Positions 50,160 through 58,198 of a stretch of DNA of 63,486 bases are shown here, piece by piece; position 1 is the stretch's first letter, and each line of letters opens with the position of its first letter. The stretch comes from Clostridia bacterium. GTDB taxonomy: Bacteria > Bacillota > Clostridia > UBA1381 > UBA9506. The translations under genes were made by a program, and so were the position numbers. A model generated the notes under the pieces. The model did no database searches, was not told where the DNA came from, and was given only the letters and a program-made list of their open reading frames with translations. The stretch is taken from positions 1 through 63,486 of the forward strand of contig JAFQWH010000051.1 of NCBI GenBank assembly GCA_017407515.1. The letters run 5' to 3'.

Positions 50160-51266
50160 ATGAAAGATCTTCGTAACTATTTCAAAAAACTGGATTACGT
50201 GATAATTGTCATTGCAGCACTTTTAGGCATGTTAGGCATTTTAATGATTGCCAGTGCTACAAAGTCTGACGAGGGCAGCCGTGAGCTTTTAGTGCAGTCC
50301 ATGGCAATGGGGCTGGGCATTATTGCCATGTTTTTTGTAGCCGCCTTTGATTATGAGAACTACACCGATATTAAAAAATATCTGTATCTGGCAAGTGTTG
50401 CAATTCTGGTTTTCGTTCTTCTGTTCGGGCAAGGTAAAAGCGAAACCGGTGCTAACAGCTGGATTCGTATTGGTGGAATTGGCATTCAGCCTTCTGAGCT
50501 TGTCAAGCTTTCTTTCTGTATTACTTTCTCCATTCATTTATCCAAAGTACGTGAAACCATCAACACCCCGAAAACCCTGTTACAGTTGTTCTTGCATTTT
50601 GCTGTTCTGACAGGTCTGGTTGTTCTGCAAAATGATACGGGAACTGCTTTGGTGTTTGTCTTTATGTTCCTTTGCATGCTGTTTGCCGCCGGACTCTCCA
50701 TTAAATATATCCTTGCCGGCGTTGCCGCTTTTGTGGCCTTTATTCCCCTTGCCTGGTTTGTTTTAATGCAACCCTATCAGAGAGAACGTATTTTGGTCTT
50801 CTTAAACCCTGAGCGTGACGCAACCGGTGCCGGGTACCAGGTGCTGCAATCTAAAATTGCAGTTGGCTCCGGTGAGTTTTTGGGAAGAGGCTACATGAAA
50901 GGTCCCCAGAATCAGCTTGCCATGCTCCCGGAAAATGAAACAGACTTTATCTTCGGCGTTATTGGCGAAGAACTGGGGTTCATCGGTGCTGTTTTGATTA
51001 CTCTGCTGTTGGTGCTTTTAATCTGTCGCTGTATTTACATTGGCCTGCGTTCTAAAAACGATACCGGCTGTTTCCTCTGTATCGGCATCGCCGCTATGTA
51101 TGCTTTCCATACCTTTGAAAATATATTTATGTGCATCGGTCTTATGCCTGTTACCGGTATTCCCCTGCCTTTTTTAAGCTACGGCGGTTCTAGCGTACTG
51201 ACAAACTTTATTGCCGTCGGGCTGGTCCTTTCCGTCTGGACTCACCGGCGAACATTAAGTTTTTAA
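50160..51266 (+). CDS. SEDS-family peptidoglycan glycosyltransferase (FtsW/RodA/SpoVE)
   Basis: Ten-TM SEDS protein (QPSELVK, TDFIF, PLPFLSYGGSS). Confidence 0.92.
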   Translation: MKDLRNYFKKLDYVIIVIAALLGMLGILMIASATKSDEGSRELLVQSMAMGLGIIAMFFVAAFDYENYTDIKKYLYLASVAILVFVLLFGQGKSETGANSWIRIGGIGIQPSELVKLSFCITFSIHLSKVRETINTPKTLLQLFLHFAVLTGLVVLQNDTGTALVFVFMFLCMLFAAGLSIKYILAGVAAFVAFIPLAWFVLMQPYQRERILVFLNPERDATGAGYQVLQSKIAVGSGEFLGRGYMKGPQNQLAMLPENETDFIFGVIGEELGFIGAVLITLLLVLLICRCIYIGLRSKNDTGCFLCIGIAAMYAFHTFENIFMCIGLMPVTGIPLPFLSYGGSSVLTNFIAVGLVLSVWTHRRTLSF

Positions 51267-51284
51267 CTTTTTTAGAAAAAACAC

Positions 51285-51313
51285 TTGCTTTTTTCCTTTT
51301 TCTGTGCTATACT
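51285..51313 (+). promoter_or_regulatory. promoter of tRNA-Arg, TTGCTT-17-TATACT
   Basis: Hexamers lie at 51285-51290 and 51308-51313. The -35 hexamer and spacing match the tRNA-Val promoter. Confidence 0.6.
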
Positions 51314-51354
51314 ATCAACGTTGTGAAGTTCTCCGCAACAAAAAAACCATATTC

Positions 51355-51431
51355 GCGCCCGTAGCTCAGCTGGATAGAGTGCCTGGCTACGAACCAGTAG
51401 GTCGGGAGTTCGAATCTCTCCGGGCGCACCA
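51355..51431 (+). tRNA. tRNA-Arg (anticodon ACG), CCA encoded
   Basis: Acceptor GCGCCCG/CGGGCGC, anticodon loop CTACGAA, T-loop TTCGAAT. Close in pattern to canonical bacterial tRNA-Arg(ACG). Confidence 0.92.
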
Positions 51432-51466
51432 AAAAAGAACCTACCCATCAGGGTAGGTTCTTTTTT
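51431..51466 (+). terminator. rho-independent terminator after tRNA-Arg
   Basis: GAACCTACCC-ATCA-GGGTAGGTTC stem followed by T6. Confidence 0.85.
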
Positions 51467-51500
51467 ATGCTTGGAGAGTGAGAACTCCCGATGGAGTTCG
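51454..51500 (+). repeat. direct repeat copy 1 (47 nt)
   Basis: TAGGTTCTTTTTTATGCTTGGAGAGTGAGAACTCCCGATGGAGTTCG. Identical to copy 2. Includes the hairpin GAACTCC-CGAT-GGAGTTC. Confidence 0.9.
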
Positions 51501-51645
51501 TCGGAGCAGCTTGCGAGCCGCGACAGGCGAGCAAGACTGCGGAGCTCGAGCAGCGAAGATTTTTCGTAACTGCCCGCAGCAGTCGAAAAATCAAGCAGCA
51601 CAGAGTATCTCTCCGGCTCTTTGTTAGATTACAAATCCACCAGGC

Positions 51646-51692
51646 TAGGTTCTTTTTTATGCTTGGAGAGTGAGAACTCCCGATGGAGTTCG
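51646..51692 (+). repeat. direct repeat copy 2 (47 nt)
   Basis: 47/47 identical to copy 1. The 5' half of the terminator stem is missing upstream. Confidence 0.9.
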
Positions 51693-51938
51693 GACATGGA
51701 GTAAGGCTTTGTGTCGAGCAAAGCGAAGACAGAAAGCACTTAATCCAGTTGTTCTTTTTGTTAAGACGGACATGAGGTAAGAGCGTTTCGCGGAGAGTTA
51801 GCGATGGCGAAATGCCTTACGTCAGTTCTTCTCTTTGCGGGTGGAACGAAGAGACAACCGAAAGAGAAGTTCTTATGTCGAGAATTCAAAAAGAACTTCA
51901 TTATTACCTATTACACCAAAACCACTCCGCCACCCGGC

Positions 51939-51976
51939 TAGGTTCTTTTTTTATGCTTGGAGAGTGAGAACTCCCG
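51939..51976 (+). repeat. direct repeat copy 3 (38 nt, truncated)
   Basis: Matches copies 1 and 2 through ...GAGAACTCCCG, with one extra T in the T-run. The about 10 nt upstream resemble those of copy 2 (CCACC[A/C]GGC). Confidence 0.85.
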
Positions 51977-51997
51977 TTCTACTGTGAAATGACGCAC

Positions 51998-52026
51998 TAA
52001 AAAACTCCCCTTATGGGGAGTTTTTC
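51998..52026 (-). terminator. terminator of the citrate synthase gene
   Basis: ACTCCCC-TTAT-GGGGAGT stem, with T6 on the minus strand. Confidence 0.8.
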
Positions 52027-52033
52027 TTCTCTC

Positions 52034-53389
52034 TTATCTTTCCTCAATCGGCGTATAGCCTTGTTTTTCACAAACGCTCTTATATGCCGGACGGATAATC
52101 TTGCCGCCGTAGAGAACTTCTTCAATTCTGTGAGCACACCAGCCTACCATACGGGCAATGGCAAACATAGGCGTATACAGTTCCGACGGAATGTTCAACA
52201 TTTTGTAAACGAAGCCGGAATATAAATCCACATTGGCACACATCATTTTCTGACCGCGAACCTTAGCAAAAATTTCCGGTGTCAACTCTTCAATCATGCA
52301 GTAAAGACCAAACTCTTCTTCGTTACCGGTTACATCTGCAAGCTCTGCCGCTTTTTTCTTTAACAGAACAGCACGAGGGTCAGATATGGTATAAATCGCA
52401 TGGCCCATACCGTATATTAGACCGGAATGGTCATAGGTTTCCTTTTTCAAAGTTTTCTCAATATAGGCTGCTACCTGGTCGGCATCACGAATATCTTCAA
52501 TGTTGGCCTTGAAATCTTCAATCATGCCCATAACCTTGCGGTTCGCACCACCGTGACGGGGACCCTTTAAGGAACCAATTGCCGCTGCAATAGCAGAATA
52601 GGTATCGCTACCGGAAGAGGAAACCACACGGGTTGTAAAAGCGGAGTTGTTACCGCCGCCGTGCTCGGCATGAAGAATCAGTGCCAAATCCAGAATTTCA
52701 GCCTCTAAACGGGTATACTGGTTATCGGGACGAATCATATACAGAAAATTCTCTGCGGTACCGAGCTCTTTTTGGGGATGATGAATATACAGGCTCTTAC
52801 CGTCATAAAAATGGAGCTTGGACTGGTACGCATAGGCGACCATGGTCGGAACACGAGCAACTAACAGCATTGCCTGACGAATCATATTCAAAAGGTCTGT
52901 GCCGTCCGGATTGGGGTCATAAGAATAAGTAGAAAGCACTGCACGAGCAAGCTTATTCATAATATCCGGGCTGGGACAACGCATGATAATATCCTCACGG
53001 AAGTCAAAGGGCACGGGACGCAGTTCGCTGAGCAGTTCTTTAAAGTTCTCTAATTCATCTTTTGTAGGTAATTTACCAAACAAAATCAAGTAGCAAACTT
53101 CTTCATACCCAAAACGTTTTTCCCGTTCACAAGCAGAAACAATATCCACAACGTTAATGCCGCGATACCGCAAACGACCTTCGTCTGCCACCTTTTCATC
53201 ATCGGAAACGCTGTAGCCGTGAACATTACCAATATTGGTAAGACCTGCTAAAACACCGGTACCATCGCTGTTTCTGAGGCCTCTTTTAACTTTATAGTTC
53301 TGACTTTTTTCAGGAGGAATTTGTGCGTTTTCCAATAAAATCTCCTGAAAATTTTCTAATGCCTGATTAAATAAAGCATTGTTTTCCAT
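52034..53389 (-). CDS. citrate synthase family enzyme (citrate/2-methylcitrate synthase)
   Basis: 451 aa. Catalytic His contexts (LILHAEHGG, GMGHAIY) and the C-terminal Asp region are present. Confidence 0.9.
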   Translation of the reverse strand: MENNALFNQALENFQEILLENAQIPPEKSQNYKVKRGLRNSDGTGVLAGLTNIGNVHGYSVSDDEKVADEGRLRYRGINVVDIVSACEREKRFGYEEVCYLILFGKLPTKDELENFKELLSELRPVPFDFREDIIMRCPSPDIMNKLARAVLSTYSYDPNPDGTDLLNMIRQAMLLVARVPTMVAYAYQSKLHFYDGKSLYIHHPQKELGTAENFLYMIRPDNQYTRLEAEILDLALILHAEHGGGNNSAFTTRVVSSSGSDTYSAIAAAIGSLKGPRHGGANRKVMGMIEDFKANIEDIRDADQVAAYIEKTLKKETYDHSGLIYGMGHAIYTISDPRAVLLKKKAAELADVTGNEEEFGLYCMIEELTPEIFAKVRGQKMMCANVDLYSGFVYKMLNIPSELYTPMFAIARMVGWCAHRIEEVLYGGKIIRPAYKSVCEKQGYTPIEER

Positions 53390-53430
53390 GATTTCACCAC
53401 CTGTTTCTTCACACCTTTGTGTGAAAGGTT

Positions 53431-53459
53431 ATTATACCTCATAACCGGCAAAAAGTCAA
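53431..53459 (-). promoter_or_regulatory. promoter of citrate synthase, TTGACT-17-TATAAT
   Basis: On the minus strand, TTGACT is at 53459-53454 and TATAAT at 53436-53431. Confidence 0.6.
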
Positions 53460-53519
53460 GTAATATAGTCATTTTTTTACATTCTAGTAAGAATGAACGT
53501 CAAAATTTTACTAATTCCT

Positions 53520-53561
53520 TAAATAAAAACAGCATAACCAAAACTGTCGGCCATGCTGTTT
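53520..53561 (-). terminator. terminator closing the kinase operon
   Basis: AACAGCAT/ATGCTGTT arms followed by a T-rich run on the minus strand, directly after the kinase stop codon. Confidence 0.5.
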
Positions 53562-53569
53562 TTGTTTTT

Positions 53570-54550
53570 TTATAAGTCCCCCGCTGTGTGGAACCAACCG
53601 CTGGAAACCTTCGGCATTTCTTTCCGTCCAGGTACCGGTTCCGGTTCCGGTACGTCCGGCGGTGTCTCCGGCGGTATAAAGGAGCCGGCTCCGGACACCG
53701 TTGCCAGGGTTTGAATAATTTCTTCCGAGGAAGGTCTGTCTTCCGGATTTACGGAAAGCATCTTCATAATCAATTCTCCAAACGCCGGAGGAATAAAGCG
53801 ATTATTAACCGTCAACTCTCCCCCGTTTAATACTGCCTCGAAAGGATAATCATATTCAGCTTGGTCAAAATATGGCAGAAACCCTGCAAAAAGCTCATGG
53901 AAAACCAGCCCCAGACTGAAAATGTCTGTTTTTTCAGTCAGCGTAACCTGTTCTCCTGCCATTGCCAGAAAGGTTTCCGGAGCGAGATATGTCAAGTCGC
54001 CACCCAACTCCACATCTTCCCGTGGTTCATTCTTAAAAAAGCCGGCATCAAAGTCAATCAGCTTCCCCGTATACTTGCCGGTTCTGGTTCTTTTAATCAT
54101 AATATTAGAGGGTTTAACATCAAAATGAATAATGTTTGCCCTATGTAACCAGAAAAAAGCAAAGGCAATAGATTTAATAAGCAAATATTTGTCCGGTACA
54201 GAAAGCGTAGACACTAAATTTGCGGGAATGGTATCCCCCGCCACCTTTTCCGTTACCACATAATACCGGCTGTCACACCGGAAAAATTCAACAATCCGAA
54301 CTAAGCTGCCATATCCGGCTTTGTTTAACGTATTATAAAAGGTTCTGTATCGGTTTTCAAAGGACAGACAATAATCCCGGCGGCTTTTCAAAAGTTCGGG
54401 AGACATAACCCCCTCGTCCATGGGATACACCGGCGTAATTAACTCTTTAATAAAGTATTCCCTGCCGTTTTTTGTGGCAAACCCCCATTTAGAAAAGCCA
54501 CTGTTTGCGTTGTTCAGTTCTGTCGTTAGTGTATAGCCGTTAATAACCAT
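53570..54550 (-). CDS. Ser/Thr protein kinase with Pro-rich C-terminal extension ending ...SSGWFHTAGDL
   Basis: Hanks-type core: lysine in YFIKEL, catalytic loop HFDVKPSN, DFD (DFG equivalent), and LAPE. No TM segment and no PASTA domain. Confidence 0.88.
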   Translation of the reverse strand: MVINGYTLTTELNNANSGFSKWGFATKNGREYFIKELITPVYPMDEGVMSPELLKSRRDYCLSFENRYRTFYNTLNKAGYGSLVRIVEFFRCDSRYYVVTEKVAGDTIPANLVSTLSVPDKYLLIKSIAFAFFWLHRANIIHFDVKPSNIMIKRTRTGKYTGKLIDFDAGFFKNEPREDVELGGDLTYLAPETFLAMAGEQVTLTEKTDIFSLGLVFHELFAGFLPYFDQAEYDYPFEAVLNGGELTVNNRFIPPAFGELIMKMLSVNPEDRPSSEEIIQTLATVSGAGSFIPPETPPDVPEPEPVPGRKEMPKVSSGWFHTAGDL

Positions 54551-54578
54551 GTATCATTCCCCAAAATAGTAAAATAGC

Positions 54579-55595
54579 TTATAAATCCCCTGCAGACTTG
54601 AAGAATCCGCCACTTTCTTCTTTCGCTCCTGCTGAAGTATGCCCGTCCGTAGGACGCGGTCTTCTCATTGTGGAGATAACACGAGGCTCACTTGCCGCAG
54701 GTGCAGGAGGCACAGAAGGCTCATAAGTCGGCGGTACATATGCCGCAGGGTCATATGCCGGCGGTTCATACGCCGCAGGGTCATACGTCGGAGTTGTTGC
54801 CGGCGGTTCGTACGCTGCAGGGTCATACATCGGAGTTGTTGCCGGCGGTTCGTATGATACAGGTTCATATGTCGTTGTCTCATAAGATACTGCTTCATCA
54901 ACCGTTTTTTTGCCTTTTGTAACCAGCACAATAATCAACGAAACAACCAGAAGCACAAAAATGCCTGCATAAATGCACATTTTCACAATGAAATTCAGAG
55001 TCCACTCTCGGCTCAGAACGAATTTTTCTCCCCAGTCCTCTTCTTCCATGGTTAAAACCATAGAAAACCCTTTCCAGGATATGTTGTAAAATAGATCTTC
55101 ATTATCCGCATTGGCAATCTTGCCATCCTTAATTTCTATATCGACAGTTTCTTTCTCATCATCGGATTCGTCATATCCTATCATTTCATCCTTTGTAATC
55201 TCTATACGAGTTAAAAATATTTCGTGATCTACTTTGTTTTCCTCACCGTCATAAATTTCATATACTTCTTCTACTTTCCAGCTGCCCTTAGGGTCTCTTG
55301 TAGCAAAAAACGCCAGCACACCGGTGGCAATAATAGCCACGCCTAACACAAGGGCAATAATCAGCTTAACCACGCCTCTTTTAGAACGGGGAGCCGGAAT
55401 TTCATCATATGTTTCTGATGCCGGAATTGTTTCAGGAATGTACTCGGCCATTTCAGGAGCAGGATCTGACACAACCGCTTCCGTTCCTAAGACAGCCTCC
55501 TCAAAAGGTACAGAGCCGCTTTCCTGCTTTGCACCGCAGTTTGTACAAAAAATTGCATCATCTGCTAAGTTTGTTCCACAATTAGTACAGTACAT
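54579..55595 (-). CDS. zinc-ribbon two-TM membrane protein with Pro/Tyr/Thr-rich cytoplasmic repeats and tail ...ESGGFFKSAGDL
   Basis: N-terminal CTNC-x10-CTNC ribbon, TM1 (LIIALVLGVAIIATGVLAFFA), an acidic loop domain of about 115 aa, and TM2 (MCIYAGIFVLLVVSLIIVLV). Then come YEPPATTP(M/T)YDPAA repeats and a tail matching the kinase C-terminus. Confidence 0.85.
   Translation of the reverse strand: MYCTNCGTNLADDAIFCTNCGAKQESGSVPFEEAVLGTEAVVSDPAPEMAEYIPETIPASETYDEIPAPRSKRGVVKLIIALVLGVAIIATGVLAFFATRDPKGSWKVEEVYEIYDGEENKVDHEIFLTRIEITKDEMIGYDESDDEKETVDIEIKDGKIANADNEDLFYNISWKGFSMVLTMEEEDWGEKFVLSREWTLNFIVKMCIYAGIFVLLVVSLIIVLVTKGKKTVDEAVSYETTTYEPVSYEPPATTPMYDPAAYEPPATTPTYDPAAYEPPAYDPAAYVPPTYEPSVPPAPAASEPRVISTMRRPRPTDGHTSAGAKEESGGFFKSAGDL
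54771..54854 (-). repeat. in-frame tandem repeat, 2 x 42 nt (40/42 identical), inside the zinc-ribbon protein
   Basis: Units at 54771-54812 and 54813-54854 encode YEPPATTPTYDPAA and YEPPATTPMYDPAA. Degenerate partial copies flank them across 54714-54884. Confidence 0.9.
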
Positions 55596-55629
55596 AATAA
55601 CACTCCTTTTTTATAACCTAATCGTCCGC

Positions 55630-56568
55630 TTATGACTGTTGCATAAACTTTGTATATTCTTTTTGATAAGATTGCCACTTTACAGGAATCGGCAACGGCG
55701 ATTTAATATAATTCTGGTCAACAAAAGCCGTTCTTTTGCTGAAGCTTTTCTGCATAGAATAAAAATCTTCATAACCAAAAGCCGCCACACAAAGAGTATA
55801 ATCGTCCCCCGTAAATTCACGGATATTAGCGTGCATCAATGTTTGCCAGTCCAAAATATTTTTGGTTGAAAGCATGGTTCTCGTTAACAAAAATTCAAAA
55901 TCCATAGGAGATTTCAAATATCCGAAACAGCCGTCTGTTGCCGTTAAAAAAATCCCCGGTTTACTGAGCGAAATCGTTTTTTTGTGCAAAACAAAGTCCT
56001 TACTGCTGCAGATAACATTGGTCAGAACGCCGTCATCAAAAATATTGCTGAGAGCATCTTCACCGTTAATATCATCTTCTGAAAGCTGATGTAAACCGTC
56101 TTCATCTAAAAGATAACAACGGGAATCCCCTGCCCAGTAGCAGGTTGCCTCACCGTCTAAAACACAAACCATTGCCGCTGTTGTCGGGAAGGATTTCGTC
56201 AGGCTACCCATAAGCCTTCCGCCCTTATCACCGTAAGCATCACAGACTTTTAAGGCTCGCTTAATATAGCCTTTTAATGCCTCGTCCTGTCGCGGAGATT
56301 CCTCGAACCAGCTTTTAACGCCACCGCAAACGGCTCTGGAGGCAACGTAAGCTCCTGTTTTTTCGGAATAATTCCCGTACCTTTTAGAGCCAATGCCGCC
56401 GCAACCGTCAAAAACAGCAACTATGCTGTTGTTCTCCACTGTGGCATAATAATAAGAGTCTTCACCTTTACCAGGAACCATTTCTCCCGCAACTGCAAAG
56501 ATTGTATTCGGCTTTGTCAATGTATATTTTTTTGTTGATGATTTCTTCTTTTTATTCAACATACTCAT
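55630..56568 (-). CDS. PP2C-family Ser/Thr phosphatase
   Basis: Metal-binding motifs GEDSY, FDGCGG, ATDG and GDDYT are all present. The ATGA start/stop overlap with the vWA gene suggests translational coupling. Confidence 0.85.
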   Translation of the reverse strand: MSMLNKKKKSSTKKYTLTKPNTIFAVAGEMVPGKGEDSYYYATVENNSIVAVFDGCGGIGSKRYGNYSEKTGAYVASRAVCGGVKSWFEESPRQDEALKGYIKRALKVCDAYGDKGGRLMGSLTKSFPTTAAMVCVLDGEATCYWAGDSRCYLLDEDGLHQLSEDDINGEDALSNIFDDGVLTNVICSSKDFVLHKKTISLSKPGIFLTATDGCFGYLKSPMDFEFLLTRTMLSTKNILDWQTLMHANIREFTGDDYTLCVAAFGYEDFYSMQKSFSKRTAFVDQNYIKSPLPIPVKWQSYQKEYTKFMQQS

Positions 56569-57251
56569 ATTGTGTTTGTAATCGTATCAATAATCTGGTT
56601 ATAGTCCAATTCACTCAGACCGTTACCTGCCTGAGAGGGGAAATGTAAAACATTGTCCCAGTTCTGGGAAATTAAGTTCCAGTCCGGTGCATCGGGAGCA
56701 TACAGCACAAGACGCTTTGCGTTTCTGTCAATATAGCCGGTCTGCTGAACACCGCCCCACCATGCTGTCAGCTCGTTTAAGTCGCTTGCCATGCCGCTGG
56801 GATAGTACGGGCTGGTTCTGCCGAAGCCAAGCTTATGTGTTGCAGCATCTGTCCAAACAACAATAACCTGGCGTTTTTTCATACCCTCAGTTTCCCAGGG
56901 AGATTTGATAGCGTAAGCCAATGCTTCCAGACCGTCTTCCGGATCGTCACCGCCGCCGTCTGCTACTAAGCTGCGAACGCATCTTTCAAAATCGGCTGAC
57001 TGTTCGGGCAGCTTGAAGAAGTCTGTAACCAGCATAGCATTTTCAGCATCTGCCAGATAATCACGGAACGCAACGACGCGAACGCGAAGCTGACTGATGT
57101 GTTTATTTTTGCTTTCCATAACGCTGGTAACATCATGATAAAAGTTTAATGCGTTGTTTTTTACAATATCAATAATGTTATCCATACTGCCGGTACAGTC
57201 AATGCAGAAAACCATATCTACATTGTAAGTAATTTTATAATTGCTTGCCAT
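56565..57251 (-). CDS. cytoplasmic vWA-domain protein with MIDAS motif
   Basis: DCTGS (a DxSxS-type MIDAS), GGGDDPEDGLEAL and VVWTDA strands of a Rossmann-like vWA fold. No signal peptide or TM segment. Confidence 0.85.
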   Translation of the reverse strand: MASNYKITYNVDMVFCIDCTGSMDNIIDIVKNNALNFYHDVTSVMESKNKHISQLRVRVVAFRDYLADAENAMLVTDFFKLPEQSADFERCVRSLVADGGGDDPEDGLEALAYAIKSPWETEGMKKRQVIVVWTDAATHKLGFGRTSPYYPSGMASDLNELTAWWGGVQQTGYIDRNAKRLVLYAPDAPDWNLISQNWDNVLHFPSQAGNGLSELDYNQIIDTITNTI

Positions 57252-57274
57252 TTTTTATTCCCTCCGTATTGTTA

Positions 57275-57784
57275 TTAGTTATTGTCAGTAACCTGAACAG
57301 GATCAGGTGTTGCCTTGTAGGCTTCATAGCCTTGCGTTACTTTATCTGTAATGCTTTGGGGTGTGGTTGTTTCTGTTTTGGGGGTTGTTGTGTTGTCCGC
57401 TTCTGCATTACCGGAAGCACCTTGTGCAACCTTAGGGTGATGCAATTTAACCGCATTCATGGTCGAAACGCCAAAAACCAGCGTAAAAATAAGAATTAAC
57501 CCGCAAAGCAAAACTGTAATAAGCTGAAACAGCCTGTTTTGTCTGTTTGTTTTTAAAATTTCGTCAGTCTTTTTAAGTAATTTCTGCATATCGTATTCAC
57601 TGATCCCTTCCTGATTGGTCGTTTTGTCAGGTTCGATGGTAATTTCCATGTTTTTTGCTTCAAAACTTAAAATATCAGCAAAGCCACCGCAACCGGACGC
57701 TGCCGGCATTGGACTGCCACAGTATCTGCAGGCACCGGTGTTTTCCGGGTTATCTTTTCCGCATTGATTACAAAACAAATCCAT
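57275..57784 (-). CDS. zinc-ribbon single-TM membrane protein
   Basis: CNQC-x10-CRYC ribbon, TM helix LFQLITVLLCGLILIFTLVFGV, and a Thr-rich outer tail. Confidence 0.8.
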   Translation of the reverse strand: MDLFCNQCGKDNPENTGACRYCGSPMPAASGCGGFADILSFEAKNMEITIEPDKTTNQEGISEYDMQKLLKKTDEILKTNRQNRLFQLITVLLCGLILIFTLVFGVSTMNAVKLHHPKVAQGASGNAEADNTTTPKTETTTPQSITDKVTQGYEAYKATPDPVQVTDNN

Positions 57785-57795
57785 CCACCTCCGAT

Positions 57796-58152
57796 TTAAT
57801 AAGAATTAGCCACATATGCTAAAATACATATAGCAAAAATAACAAGTGCTATTACTGCAACCGCTGTCCAGCCTGAAGAAGAAGGCTTTTCATAAACCGG
57901 CGTTGTTTCTCTCTCTGTATCCCTAAAGACAGGTCGGGAATACGTTGATGCAGAAGACGAACCCCGATAGCCCATAGGAGCTGTTCTTCTTTCCATTTCC
58001 GGCGACCAGGCTCTTTCCACCGTAGCAGCTGCGACTCTGCCGGCTCCACAAAGCATACAAGTGCCTGAAGCTATCTCGTTTTCCGTTTCGCAGTTAGGAC
58101 AAACCCAACAATCTCTCGCCCGCCTATATTGTAAAATTACTTTTGTTTCCAT
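57796..58152 (-). CDS. RanBP2-type zinc-finger, tail-anchored membrane protein
   Basis: WVCPNCETENEIASGTCMLCG fits W-x-C-x2-C-x3-N-x6-C-x2-C exactly. The C-terminal TM is WTAVAVIALVIFAICILAYV. It is the first gene after the consensus promoter. Confidence 0.8.
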   Translation of the reverse strand: METKVILQYRRARDCWVCPNCETENEIASGTCMLCGAGRVAAATVERAWSPEMERRTAPMGYRGSSSASTYSRPVFRDTERETTPVYEKPSSSGWTAVAVIALVIFAICILAYVANSY

Positions 58153-58198
58153 GCAGGACCTTCCTCCGGGGATTTTCTAAAATAATAAATATGCATAC

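Noticed and set aside
51272-51601. 109-aa minus-strand ORF and 60-aa plus-strand ORF (51491-51673) in the tRNA-Arg region
   Set aside because: The minus-strand ORF overlaps the tRNA-Arg gene and its terminator. The plus-strand ORF only spans the repeat units. Neither has an RBS, and the composition is not protein-like.
51454-51976. Possible CRISPR array
   Set aside because: There are only three copies, spacing is irregular (192 and 293 nt), the unit length is atypical, the last copy is truncated, and no cas genes are in the window.
53470-53500. 6-bp palindrome CATTCT-AGTA-AGAATG upstream of the citrate synthase promoter
   Set aside because: It is short and does not match cre or any other operator consensus I know. 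It is likely a chance occurrence in AT-rich DNA.
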